Source: Adineta vaga
Taxonomy: Eukaryota > Animalia > Rotifera
Direction: 5' to 3'
NCBI GenBank assembly: GCA_021613535.1
Contig: CP075493.1
Coordinates: forward strand, 3,348,001 to 3,412,000
DNA length: 64,000 bases
The notes below the pieces were generated by a model. It was not told where the DNA came from, searched no databases, and saw nothing but the letters and a program-made list of their open reading frames with translations. A program made the position numbers and the translations under genes. This document shows positions 1 through 13,860 of this stretch, piece by piece. Position 1 is the stretch's first letter; every line of letters begins with the position of its first letter.

Positions 1-1047
1 CATAGATTAAACTGAATTATCATGACCATTCACTGATCATTGAGAATGTAGTAAAATTGATGTTACACAACAGTACATTATATTCTATATGCACGTCAAA
101 AAAGACGAATATCAGTTATTTGTTGATGCTCCGATCGAACAAGACTTCGCATCAACAGATGGCAGGATAAATTGAACGAACAGATAAAGAAACATATGAG
201 ACGTGAGAAATTTTTAGATAAAATGATCCGTATATTAGTGAACCAGTGTATTTTGAGCGAAATTTAGAGTCAATTGTTTCATGAGTTGAAAAGTAACTTG
301 GTGCAATACAAACTGTCAACTTGAATCGTTGTCTTATTTGATATAACGAGAAATTAGTAGAATATCAGAAAGCAATTTTTCTGTTCTATTGTTAATAACA
401 CATCGTATTACAAAGATCAAACAATTATCATGATCTATGCGAGGAAAAGTTATAATATACATCGTACAACCTTAGGACATCTGAACGAACATCTCTATTT
501 TGAGCATGTTTAAAAGTAGAATATATTTTATCACGCATACTCTCTTTTTGATCGACTGGAAGGGGAGTAATGTATCATGAAATTTTACATTCACCTTGAG
601 ATAATAAATAATTGTTAGAGTACGTTGTTTGCTCTTGCTAAGAAGTCTTTGTCGTATACAAATGGTGAGACATCTATCGAATAGTATGGTTAAATTGCGA
701 ACCAAACAATACCGAGACAATATTATTATTTAGCAAAAAGGAGAAGAAGGAATCAATCATGTACACGTACGCACTCCAGCTTTTGTTCTGCTATTGATGT
801 CATTTGATCAACACATTCTAGCATTTCTATAAAATATAGATTTGTTTGTCACGTTATTAATATTTGACACTACACGACAATTGATTACCAACTTCCTCTT
901 AAGTTAATATTTATTTATTTGACATTTTTAGATATATTACCTCTTTGGTTTTTATTCTTATTCACAAGTTAAAGAATGATTAAGCATAGACAGACAATCA
1001 TTATTAAGACAATTTAATTGTAGAATTAGAATAAATAATCTTTTAAA

Positions 1048-2825
1048 ATGGGCACACCAAAACCTTCATTGATTTTTGAAGGAATTCAGATAGTTACTCT
1101 ATGTTTAGTATGGTATGGTAAGTAAAACAATAAATTTCATCTCACTAAATGATCATAAATGAATAAACATAGGTGTGTCAGCAATAGGCAATGTTATTGT
1201 TAAAGAATTATTAAATGAATTTCCATTTCCATTGACTATTACGCTTGCTCAACTTTTCAGTGTCTGGATTTTAAGTATACCTCTTCTTCAGTATGTTAAT
1301 CGATATACATACATTTTCAATTTAGTTCTCTCTTTTTATTAAATTCTTCTCTAGTGTTTTAAAAGTTCCAGCACCCGATTATCTCTATCAAAATCGAATT
1401 TATTATTTAAAAGTGATTATTCCATTAGCTGTAGGCAAATTTCTAGCACAATTATCATCCCATGTCAGTCTTTGGAAAGTACCTGTTTCATATGCTCATA
1501 CAGTCAAAGCAACAATGCCGTTATTTACGGTGTAAGTTATTCATCTGATCTATAAGATTTCATAGTAATCAACAATCGTATTGTTTTAGAATTCTATCTC
1601 GTATAATCTTACGTGAAAAACAATCATTATCAGTTTACTTCTCACTTATCCCGATTATTGTTGGTGTTATTATTGCAACAGTCAGTGAAATATCTTTCAA
1701 TATGGTCGGTCTTATTAGTGCACTACTTTCAACATTTGGTTTTTCATTACAAAATATTTATTCGAAAAAAGTAAGTCTGACTTCTTTTTTTTTCAAAAGA
1801 ATTCAAATTTTCTCTTTGCCATAGTCTTTAAAAGATATTTCAATTCATCATTATGCATTACTCGCTCTATTAGCTAAATTATCCTGGTGTCTATTTGTAC
1901 CATTCTGGTTTTTCTACGATGGTATTGATATATTTTATGAAACGAAATACGTGAGTAGGTGACCTGTATAGAATTCATTGAGAAAAAGAAACCTTGCAGG
2001 AATATTAGTTTTGTTTTCTTTCTCTTCTTTTTGTTTTTATAGCATTCGTATCATCCAGCAATGAAAATACTTTTCTATTTAACTATTGATGGTATTTTAA
2101 ATTTTCTACACAATGTTGTAGCATTTACAATGATTTCATTAGTATCACCATTATCATATAGTATTGCGAACAGTACAAAACGAATTGTGGTTATTTGTAT
2201 ATCATTATTAATATTACGAAATCCTGTAACAAAAACTAATGTTATTGGTATGAGTTTAGCATTATTTGGTGTGATGTATTACAATAAAGTAAGTATTATT
2301 GATAGTTTTAATTGGAAACAAAAAATAACTACTACGATCTACTCGTTTCGTTTTCAAGAGATAGAAACTAACTTGTATATAAGTTAGAATAATAGATTTA
2401 GAACAAAACTATTCACCGAAAGAATTATCAATGTAGTTTTACATCCAGGTATAATATTTTCTATGAAAGATGACACTGCATTTCTCACGACGTTTTCAAA
2501 CTTAATAAATCACGTCTAATTTTGACTCATATGACATAGAAGAAAAAGTCGTTTTTATGTTCTAATAGAACTTTACTGAGAAACAAGATTCAATTGTTTT
2601 CTTTTTAAGGCTAAATTCGACCAACGTCGTGCTCAACATAAACAAGCTATTATACCACTTGTTCGGAGTGAACCTGCTTTAAATACATTAAATCTTGGTA
2701 CTATACAATTTGCACATCCTGATTCTGACTTAATTTCTCGTCATCATCCATCATTTCATACATCTCGTCCATATTATAATGGTTTTATCCCTAATTATGC
2801 CAGTCAAACATATAAAAATGTTTAA
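1048..2825 (+). CDS. SLC35E1: Solute carrier family 35 member E1-like (TPT/nucleotide-sugar transporter family), multi-exon
   Basis: ATG 1048 ([10 protein letters not shown]). Exons encode [47 protein letters not shown] and [20 protein letters not shown]...RNPVT...GVMYYNKAKFD. TAA at 2823-2825. GT-AG introns. Confidence 0.9.
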
Positions 2826-3360
2826 TTTACTCAACTTTATCTTTGGTTTTTTTGTTTATCTTTTTGTTATTATTCCTCAATATGATTTTGATTATTCTTC
2901 TAATTAGTTATTCAAATTTTATTTTTAAAAGAGCAAACTAGGAAGATACAAGGTTGTTTGAACCTTTTGAAAAGAAAAAGAGAGAAAAAGAGAGAAAAAG
3001 ATGCAGTAGATCAACATCAGAAATCAACAAAGCAATAATGCGGCAAAAAAGAAAAGAGCGAGTAAATAATAATAATAATAATTATGGTAATAAATGTTTT
3101 AAGAAAAAAAATCTTTAACGCAACAAAATTTCATCATACAAAAGGAATGATTGACTGTCTTATTCATTTCAAAATGTTAAGATATTCAAAAGAAAACTCA
3201 ACTATCGGATTGACTAGTTATGGAATGAAATAAACATATACACATAATAAATATTATTCGATTGTCTTTTTTTTGTTTTGATCTCTTGAAACAAAGTCTT
3301 TCGTTTTATATACATAATCATATGACTAGAGAGAAAGTACACTGTGTATATGTGATGGAT

Positions 3361-6300
3361 TTAATATGGTTTTGCTAAATCTTTCGGTCGTTTTAATTGA
3401 ACTTTTAAACGTTTCATACCAATTTGAAATCCATTCATCGATTGTATGGCTAAAACAAAGAGAAATGTATAATGAAAGAGAAATGAACAAAAGGATTGGT
3501 TACCTTGTTGAGCACATTGTGGGTTATCAAAAGAAACGAAACCTAAAAAAGAAGATAGGTTTTAGAAAAATTATCTTCAGAGAGAAAAGAGAAAAGAAGA
3601 GAATGCACGTGCAAGAAGAAAAAAAAAGGAGAACTGTATTGGATTGTCACATCACAACATCAATATGAATGAAAATAAAAAAATTGAAAAATATAAAATC
3701 TTGATGCGGCGATCCAGCACATAGTTCCGATCTTTTTTTTCACTCTTTTTACAAATGTATACTCTTGAATTTTCTCTTTCTCGAAAACGAAATTTTTTTA
3801 TTTTTTGGTTTCAAATATCTACCGAAACATTTGGATTGATTAGTCGCGCGATCAACATAAACTTTAGCCGATATAACATTGCCAAAAGGCATAAACATTG
3901 ATGCAAGTTCGGTATCACCGAATTCTTGTGGTAGATGGTAGATGAAAAGATTGCAACCCTCAGGACCAAAGAACTGTGGTAATGCTAGGAAATCGAAATC
4001 GAGATTAATATCAGTTCGACAAGAGAAAAACAAAGTTCACCAAACGAAAGAAAAGCATGTTAAATGATTTAATCGATTTGCTTTTTATCTTTACTCACTT
4101 TCTTTATTCGGAGATGCTAATGCACCTGGAATGAGTGTTGTTGTCGGCAAATGTGAATAGATTGCTGTTGGAGCATAGATTGGATACTGAGCAGGTAAAG
4201 TTGTGTAAGCAGTAGCTTGTTGTAATTGAAGACCAGTAGCTGTATCAATTCCTGGACCAACGACAGCTAGAAAAAAAATCATTTATGATATTTGGAAAAG
4301 AATTCTTCTATGAAAAATGAGGGAATCAATCTTGAGTTCATCTCTCATTGTGAATAATCATAGAATTCGGATAGAATATGATCGCAATGTAATATATTAT
4401 TTATAGCAAAAGATTCTTTTCTAATATTTAATATTAAATAAATGAAAGATCATGTCGCTCCTTGATGTCGTCATAATTTATAAATAGGACAAAATGAGTT
4501 CGTGCTTTTTTCTAAGATGAAACTTAATCTTTTCTTCGTTTGACTACATACTTGAATATGGCATGCCTGATGAAAACAAGTCTGTTTGTTGACCATTTGG
4601 ACCAGTGACAGTAGTTTGATAAATTGTTGGTGGTCCATTATTTACAGGAGATGCATTAACTAACGAACAATTCGGATAATCCATATTGTCGCAATCACCT
4701 GAAAGCAATCAATCATTGAAAGTTAATTTAATAAACTAAGGACATTTTTATCATTTATTTACCTGTTGATGGTGTCATTGTTCCATTACTCATTGGCTGT
4801 CCAGATGTAGTTAGAACTGGTATAGTTGTATATGTTCCTGGATGACTACCGGTAGATGATGCTAATAAAGTTTGTTGTTGTAATTGAGTATATCCTTGAT
4901 AATTTAAATTCGCCGCAATTTGTTGCAATACTAATGGATTCGATAAAAGTCCAAGTGGTCCAGCTAATTGTTGCATACGTCTCAATTGTCGTTCTTTTTC
5001 TGTATCAGCAAATTTAACAACAATTGAAGATGATGCACCTGGAAATGTTTGACTTCCATGTATATTTTGTATGGCTTGTTGAGCTTCATTATGACTCGAA
5101 TATTTAACAAATGCACAGCCTTTACTATCACCACTAGGTCCACGTAAAATTGTACATTCTTCTATCGCTCCATATGGTTCAAAGATTGCTCGAACACCTT
5201 CTTCTGTCATTTGTTTATTTAACATTCCCACAAAGAGTTTACGGTCTTCTATTAAAGCAAAACAAAAGAAAAAAAGAAAGCATATATTATTAAAATTTTT
5301 CAAGTACATTTATCTACAACTATGAAACATCTGTCATTTTGGCCACATACACACACATACACACTATCGATTCAACCGGATATAGTGTTTCTGCCTAGGA
5401 GGCAGTCAAGTCTAATAATCATGAATTGTCACATATGACATGTTATTCCCAACACATAGTAGGAGGTCTATCTTGTTGAAATGAAATTTATTTTGTTACT
5501 TTCTCACCTAAATTTCGTACTCGATTAAGTGGTGTCGAATAAGGCGATTGAATTTGGTTTGCTGCTGCGACCATCATTTGTGTAGAGGATGAAATCGTCA
5601 AAGAGAATACTGATGAAGATGTAAAAAAGAAAATTTTTTCTTCTTCTCTTCTTCGCTCGGAAATCCCAAACGTCTACTTCTCTCTTCTTTTTTTGTCGAC
5701 CGGAAAAAGTAGTCACTCTTTTTTTCTTCTTCTTTTCTCTTTCTCAACTACCTAGCTAGCTATCCGACGTTCTCGTTCTATTCTATATGTCGGGTCAAGT
5801 TTTTTTCTTTTCCTTTTTCTTTTTCTTTTTTTCTTCTTCTTCTTCTTCTTTTAGCGACGAACATCGACGATGGGAAATCTTATTAGGCTCCATTTTTTTT
5901 GTCTATCAAAAAAAAAAGAGGATGTTGCTACTCACTCTTCTACCGATTGGACAATTTGTTTTATTCTCCCATAGCGTAGAAAAAAAGAAGCATTTTCTTC
6001 CTTTTCTCACTAGTAGAATTAACCTGATATGTGTTGTGTGTATGAGGAAATAACAGAGAGAGATAGAGAAAAGAAAATTAGTTCAAAAAGAAAAAGATAA
6101 TCATGAAGAGAAAATGTTGGTGACGTTTTCTTTTTACAACGATGAGGCTGAGCACATCAAAACCAGCACGACGACGATGACGACGAATTGACATTACACC
6201 ATTGAATTAGAGAAATAGATAGATAAAATAACGTGTAGTTCAGCAACAACACAGGCACCAATAACTACTATGAAACATATAATATGATCAACTCACATTA

Positions 6301-9300
6301 CGTTTTCGTTGTTTATATCGTTAGGATCATATTAACAGGTGCTAATCAAAAGAGATTATCATCATGGGAAAGAAAAAAAGAAACGGCAGTTTTCTTCGTT
6401 TTTGTTCAACTTTATCAAAGCAAAAAATGTTTCAAATAGACTTTAACTAATGCCGCTTCATTTCCGTCTCAACATCAGATTGTTAATTTCCTTTATAATC
6501 AAAAATTCACTATTTCAATATGTACATGTATGTTTCATACTAAACGATGTATTTGGTCTGTTCGATAAACGATATCAACCAATAAATTATCGATCCGTTA
6601 GACGATAGATATATAAACCAATAGAAAAAGTATATTACCTGTTCGTGATTCGCTATCCGCTGGTTTGACTTGAATAGGACGACTCATCTAAAATAATAAA
6701 CAAAAATAAATACATTTATTTATAGATAGTGTCATATGTCTCTCAACTAATATCTTTACACACTTCTGTTTTTAATCATCAAGACTTTTGCTCTTTTCCA
6801 GGTCTATAATTGATAATAAGGATGAGATCTTCTATTTTAATCAAACAAAGTATTCAGTTAAGCTTAAACCTCAACATCTTTAGCACATAATACTACAATA
6901 TACATCTACATTGATAGTTTTTCTTTGAATGCCAGAGGCTATAACCACTTCTGTATGCATTGTGTTCTTGGCGACAATACGAAATGTTTACTGCTGTTCG
7001 GCCATCTGCATATCTTTCTCTTAGTTGAACAACGATAATTGCAAACTCTCAACGGTTAAGTTCAAAGCTGCATTGAAGGAGAAAATCGACACACGTGCCT
7101 GAATAGCCTGTTGGCTTTATGATTTTCTTTTTCTTTTTCTTTTTGAAAAGAAAAGACAATTATTCAGACCGAGCGTATATAATAAATGAGGAAAAAAAGA
7201 TAATATACATTGTAGTAGTTAACTTACGAGTGTATTTGAAGATTCCGAAGAAGTAGAAGGAGACGTATCAGTGCTGTTGTCACGATATTTTCTTTTCATT
7301 GCGCGTTTACACTGCGCTCTCCAACTGGCATAGGCTAGTCGGAATTAAAGTGCATGCTCTAACACATACATACATTCGACAAGAATAGATTGATTCAATA
7401 GTAGCTGCTTTTCTCTCGCACTTTCTACAAACTGGAAATAATATTCCGAACAACAGAAAAAAAGAGACGATGCGAAGAAAAAAGAAGAAGAAGAAATAAG
7501 TTAATGGAGAAAAAAAAAGAAATATATGACTGTCGCGTGCTATTCTGAAAAGAAAAGCGTGTCCATTCTATGACTCGGAAATCACATCATGCGTTCATTA
7601 GATTTAACTACGAGGAAAGGAATTGAGCAGACACACACACACACACAACCAAATAGAAACAGACGTTAAATATTAGCGAAGAAAATTTTCATTGGCAATT
7701 TGGAAATCCCTCTGGTATCGAGAAATAAAATCTACTAAATTTGAACATAACAATCACCAATCTATATGTAGATGCGAAACAATCAGATGAGATGACAATG
7801 ATTGATTAAAATCTGTTCTAAATTTTTCTCATAGATTAGTTGCAACTGTATGACAATTAGCATTACATAGGCTTCTGATGATTATTTTCAATGTTAATAC
7901 GAATAGAATGAATAAAATGCTGAAACCTATAGAAAAACAATCGACAGATGTACGATGTATGGGAATTGAGCAAAAGTATTGTCTATAAATATTCATTCCT
8001 TTAATAAAGAAGACTGATTTCCAGATGTATACTTTAATGCTGATCTATACTATTGGTTATAATATAATTGACATCTATAAAAATAACTTTCTTAATACAG
8101 GGGTTGCATGTGTAAGTTTTATGAATACCTATAGATTTTGAAGGGGACATATGGTAAAAGTATCGATTTCTACCACTATTATTGCCGAAGTGCTCATTTG
8201 TTTCGACTTGATAATTCTGTATATTTTATGCAGAGGTTGTAAAATGTTTTATCTATTTATTTATAGCCTTTGTTTAACTGGTATCCAGAGTATTTTTTTT
8301 TGGTTGTCATTATTTTACTAATCCTATATTAACTTCGCTCGATCTTAATACAAAAGCTAGAGCATTTCTTTTTCAAAGCTTATGGTATTATATTTTAGTT
8401 ATTATTGTAATAAATTCTCGTTAAGAAACATAATTGCGTTTTAAAATTGTAAAGAAATATTCTCAGTTTCTCTTTCGTATGAATATACTATCAATTTGTT
8501 GACCGATGTAGACCCTTGAATTTGAAACATAGACATGTCATTCTTGAACAGAAAACTGTCCATGTCTACATTGAACTCTTTTGTTCAATATTTTATAGCT
8601 TAGTGACAATCGTTTTTCCTAACTAGTTGTGACATCTATTGTACTTACACCAGGCAATGTACGACGTTCATGTAGTGCTTGTTGAGCTTTGAGTGCCGAA
8701 TCTCGATGGCAGTATGTCAGAAAAGCACATCCTAAAGAACAAGAAGATTTAATGATCATTTGATTGATTGATTGATTGATTGATAGATAGAGATTTTCTG
8801 TTGTTTAAAAATAAGGATAAAAACTACTTAATCAGACTTCTTACCACTAGACATATCGAGTAGCATGTCGAAATTTTACAGATGTGATCTAGAAATGAAA
8901 TGTTTTCTTTCTATCGAATGAATAACAATGGTTTCGAAGAGTTGACCATCTGCTAAGGAAAATGAAGAACAAAAAAACGACTGTCTGTTCATCATCGATC
9001 AGTTATATACAGGAAGAAAAACGATTATTAATATCGTATATTGGCTTCTGCCCTATGTCGCCGGCTAAGGCGAGAGGAAAAGTAATGGCATTCAACTTTT
9101 TTCCCTTCCAATCAGTATGAAAACGAATATATATATATACATGTTTGACAAGTCAACGAATATTTGTTCCATTCGGACAGGTGATCACTAACACGCGAGC
9201 AATATAACTTAAACCATTCATTCGATCATTTTCGATCTATACATACTAAACATTGCTAAGATCAAAAGAATAGAAAAACAAATGAACAGCGGAAATATGT

Positions 9301-9797
9301 CTGACAGGATTGAACTTAAGTTGATGAGAATGTTTTCTTTTTCTTTTTTTATTTTATGAATACTTACCACGGTGCATGCCAGTAAAACGATCTTTTAGTA
9401 CAGTTAATTCATAGATTTGTCCGAATTCTTCAAATATAGGCCGAAGATCATGTTCTTCTAAATGTCGCGGTATTTGTCCAACAAATAATTTCACTGTGTC
9501 CATATCTTTGAGATCCGATGATGGTGATGTTGAACCATGGGACATATATGTTGTTGGAGAAGCAATCGGTGACATATAGGAAGAACTTGCTGGTTGAATA
9601 GGTGTTAATTGTGAAGATGAATGATTGTATTGCGACTTTCTATTTGATTTTGATGATAATGATGATGAAGATGCAGGAAGCATAGGAGGAGGCATTGATG
9701 TTGGATATACAGTTGCATATTGCATCGATGATGTTGGTTGAATAGGAGTAAAATATGTGTGTGATGAAGGTAACGGTTGTTGGTGACTGTACTGCAT
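3361..9797 (-). CDS. CELF4: CUGBP Elav-like family RNA-binding protein (CELF3-6 / bruno-3 / unc-75 subfamily), three RRMs
   Basis: RRM1 [13 protein letters not shown]...GMHRG|CAFLTYC...TLPG|[16 protein letters not shown]2 [10 protein letters not shown]...[24 protein letters not shown]3 [18 protein letters not shown]...[23 protein letters not shown]. The start is assumed to be the first Met after an acceptor near 9811. Orthology to a single vertebrate paralog is not resolvable. Confidence 0.93.
5508..5577 (-). CDS. Putative alternative first coding exon of the CELF gene ([23 protein letters not shown]), giving an isoform lacking RRM1
   Basis: ATG, 23 codons + 1 nt, then donor G|GTGAGA. Its phase 1 matches the EDRKLF exon acceptor near 5248. 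Confidence 0.6.
7228..7358 (-). other. Putative alternative/poison exon in CELF intron (internal [27 protein letters not shown], 7299-7228)
   Basis: Acceptor TGTGTTAG at 7360-7359 and donor CTC|GTAAGT at 7228. The ATG at 7299 is in phase 0 with the MSRPIQVK exon. Read in the upstream-exon frame, it hits TAG at codon 8. Confidence 0.5.
8758..8790. repeat. (GATT)n/(GATA)n microsatellite in CELF intron
   Basis: tgattgattgattgattgattgatagatag. Confidence 0.8.
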
Positions 9798-12700
9798 CGG
9801 TAATAATGATCTGGAAGAATGAGTAAGCACACTTATATTGAGGAAAAAAAAGAAAAAAAGGCGAAGAAAAACAGATCGTTTAATGAGAACTATGACTGGA
9901 GTATTGACACACACTTGCTACAATGCATTCCAAACATATATAGTAACAGAGAAAAAGAGACTATGAAAGGGTAGCAAAGAAGCAGAAGAAAAATCTCCTT
10001 TTTCTTTTTTCTCCCAATGTCCCTTATCGATATCTATACTTGCATTTTTTTAATACGATAGGCAGAAAAGGCAAAAAACTACTATGATTAGTGAATGTGT
10101 ATGTGAGAGAGAGAGAGAGGGGAGAGAGAGAAAAGGCAAAATCATCAATGCATTGTCGACCACTATAGTAAGAATGAACAACTACGAGAAAAAAAAGAAT
10201 TAATTTATATGTAAAACCAAAAAGAAGAAAAAAAAGAGAGAAGAAAAATGTTTGTAGCTCACGACATCAATATATTGACATTAGTCGTTGTCGTCATTGC
10301 TAGAAATTAAAACATAGTCAAAAGATCGATGTGATAATCATCTTCATGAACGCGTGTGAATAATGATGTCGTTTCCTAGTCTACTCCAATAGAACTGTTG
10401 ATGAATGATGGGTTTCTTCTAACCATCATTTTACTATTCAAACTCAATAACTGATCACAAACGGAAGACGTTTTCTTTATATTAAGCTTGTGCATGCACG
10501 CATTTTCTCACAATGAGGAAATTAAATTCGATCAGCAAGCGGTCAAAAATTTGTCCGTCATGGGGGTTTTCGCTCTCGTGTTTTTATCTTCAATAGAATT
10601 ATGAACAGAAAGAAAGAAAGAAAAGACAAATATGAAAATTTCCAACTAGTTCAATCAAGCAAGTCAGCTAACTGAATATAGGTAGTTCCTTTTTTCTTCT
10701 TCTCCTTTTTCTTTGTTTTTATAGTTAAATAAACATTCCGTGGGAATATATGTGTTCAGAGAAAGTCATACTTAACTACCGAGAAAAAAAGACAGACGAG
10801 AACAACATTGATAGTTTCTTTTTCTACGTAGTACTAAAAATCAAATTTTGTCTTATTTACTTTTCATATGTATTCAACTGACTATTGACACCTGCCTAGT
10901 TCTATTCATTCTCTCGTGCATGTTCAAAGAGTTTTTTTTTCTCGATCGAAGTTATTGAAATAAGCTCGATAAAATTGATTTTGTGCCGCTACAACGCTCA
11001 TCATCGAGACAAATTGAATTAGGGAAATTTTTTGAAATAACACAGACGAGAAGAGAAGAGAAGAGATGGAATGAAAAATGCATTTATTTCTTCTTTGACA
11101 TGACAGATGTCTTGATATCTTTTTTTTCCTAATTTGTTCGACATTGATGATCAATACGCAAATGAAATGATAAAACAATCTTAGCAGTTAAATTTCATCT
11201 CTTTGATATGTTTCTTTTTGTCATGATTAAATATGATTTCATGAAAAGAACGAAGATCGAATTGAAGCGGAAGGATTCTTCAATTCTAATTAATGTAAAT
11301 TTAGAAGAATTATTAACGTTGTTAGCAAATAATTTCTATTAGATAGATAGACAGTAAAAGGAAATCTTTTATAGACATTTTTCTCGATCATTCCGTTTTC
11401 TTTCTTTGTTCTATTTATTATATATGAGAAAGAAATTAATGCAACATAGTCTCGGAGATGTTTGTAATTCAAATCATCGTTTGTCTAAGAACATAGGAAA
11501 ATTACCATTGAAAATTTGCATCACACCCTCAAAAGACGACGAAATTTATTCCCCAAGATCATAATGTTTATTGATCAGAGTCAGAAAAAGCGAAAAGAGA
11601 GTTTATAATTAAAAAGTCAATATAAGATATGAAATTATAATATATATTAATCAAAAACTAATGAAGAGCTGAATATAATCAATAGATAGAAAATGATATC
11701 TTCGATAGTCGAAATTAAATCAAATTCTTAATAAGAGAACTTCTTCTTTTTTTCAATATCCTTTTCGAAAGCTCTTTTAATAATGACATTTGAATAACAA
11801 TTATGGTACCAACAAAAATAGATTAACTAACTTTCTTGCTCAATTTAGTTCTAGATTCAATTGTTGAATTCCATCCTGTGGAAACTATGTTAATGTAATG
11901 CAAGAAAGATTAAGATACATTTTGACATTTTATTAACCTTAATGAATACCGAAAAATTCTTTTGTACTTCATCTGATCTATACAAGAGATTTGCAAGTGA
12001 TAGACTTGTAAGGATAGTGATTAAATCACTTTCACATTCCAAGAAAAAGAATTTATTGTATAAATGAACTTATAGACATTGAATTTACAGTTGAGATAAA
12101 ATTTTCATTTTCATTGTTGAATTTCAGATGTTTCTTTTTTTCAACTGTATAAACATCAATATCAAATTGAAAAGTTGTTTGTAAACAGAGCGAGATATAA
12201 TTTCTAGTATTTCATATATGCAGTTTATCATTATTAAACTGTCTATTTCTTTCCATTTTCGTTTCTGCGATTGAAAACAATTGTCATGCATAGATTTGTG
12301 TAAATATCTATTTCAAGGAATCGAAATCTCAGTTGTAATATTCAGACAGAAAATGAAAATATGATCCATTAGTAAGATAGAAGACTTCAAATGTTTCTGC
12401 ATCACTAGCGCAGACTTCATTATCTCATGAATATATTTGAAACTCGGAAATTTTCATGGATATTTTGTGTTGTAGGATTTCTCTAAACTCGTCCGTTAAT
12501 ATATGTAATATTATTCGAATCATTGAAGCATAAATTAATTGAATAGTTATTCATACTGATATGAAAATTCTTTATGTGATCAAATCCATTAACTTTTAAA
12601 CTAAATGAAGATTTTTTATTAATTCTTTTTTTTTTAGAATCAATCTTGTCAAATCTTATAAACTATGGTTTCTGTTGATAGGAATACTAGTCTTCTGATT

Positions 12701-13860
12701 GCATTTATATTATAACAAAATATCCATTTCATCAACATCAAAGGTTTCTTTTCAAATAAATTTTGAATGATCACGTCATTTTGATTTTATCAAGAAGAAA
12801 TAATTCATTGACTGTTCGAAGAAATCTTCTTATCTCTATATACGATATTTTACATAATCATTAGTAATGTTAATAGTATCAACTATATCTATCGAGATAG
12901 AGTTAATCAGGAATCCATTAACACACTTGTTGTCTTTTATTTCTCAATCTCTCGAGGCTATATAAGTCATATCAATGTAAATATTGATTGATTCCTTATG
13001 ATGGACATCTGGAAGAAGGGATATGTACGTGCACTTTTTGTTTTCGAATTCCTACGTCTTAATCAATGATTTGTTGCTTGGTAAGATAAGAACGATAGAA
13101 AAAAGGGTCAAACATTTGAACTCCTTCATTTTAATTATCATTGAAACTGTAGAAAGAATAAATACTCCTCTTATCATTTCATACAGAACAAAAAAGCCGA
13201 AAATCAACACACACACACACACGCACATATATATGGTCAAACATCGAATAATAAGACGAAGAGGAAATGACGCAAGATTTATTCTTTTATACAAAGAAAA
13301 GGAACAAGATGACATTTTACTTTATGCCAAAAGAATTCCTATCTCGAACTAGTTATTAATAAGGGAGTGAGTAATATGTTTTCTCTTCGACGATAACTTA
13401 TTATGCATAAAAATACAGAAGAAAAAGAAGAGGCGGATAGTGGTATATTCTCCGTCACTACGAGAATTGTATGTAGCACTTCAAGTGACTGAATAGCATA
13501 CTCGCGTGCGTTGTGTACGTCTCCTCTCTCTCTTTTCAATGCCTACGTATATACTCATACAATCGAAGAACGAAAGAAGAACATAGTTGTTAAAAAATTC
13601 AAACAAGGTGCATACATATATATGTATATATGTGTGTTGAGAAAAATGTTGTCCAAAATGACATTTTCTTTTTCACCTTGAATCAGTCTTTCATCCAAGT
13701 AATTGAATGAAAAGAGCAAATAGGATAGGACACAATACATTTTAGATTCAAATCTTTCATTTCATTCGATCCAATTTGTATCATCAACAAACTTTACATT
13801 CAACACGAAATATGATCTTTTTGTGTTAACCTAACGAACAAAATTTATCAAAAATTTTAC

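Noticed and set aside
5527-5579. Apparent hairpin in CELF intron
   Set aside because: Better explained as a minus-strand alternative coding exon with a correct-phase donor.
10924-13740. Short ORFs upstream of CELF
   Set aside because: Compositionally biased with no domain signal. Likely regulatory DNA.
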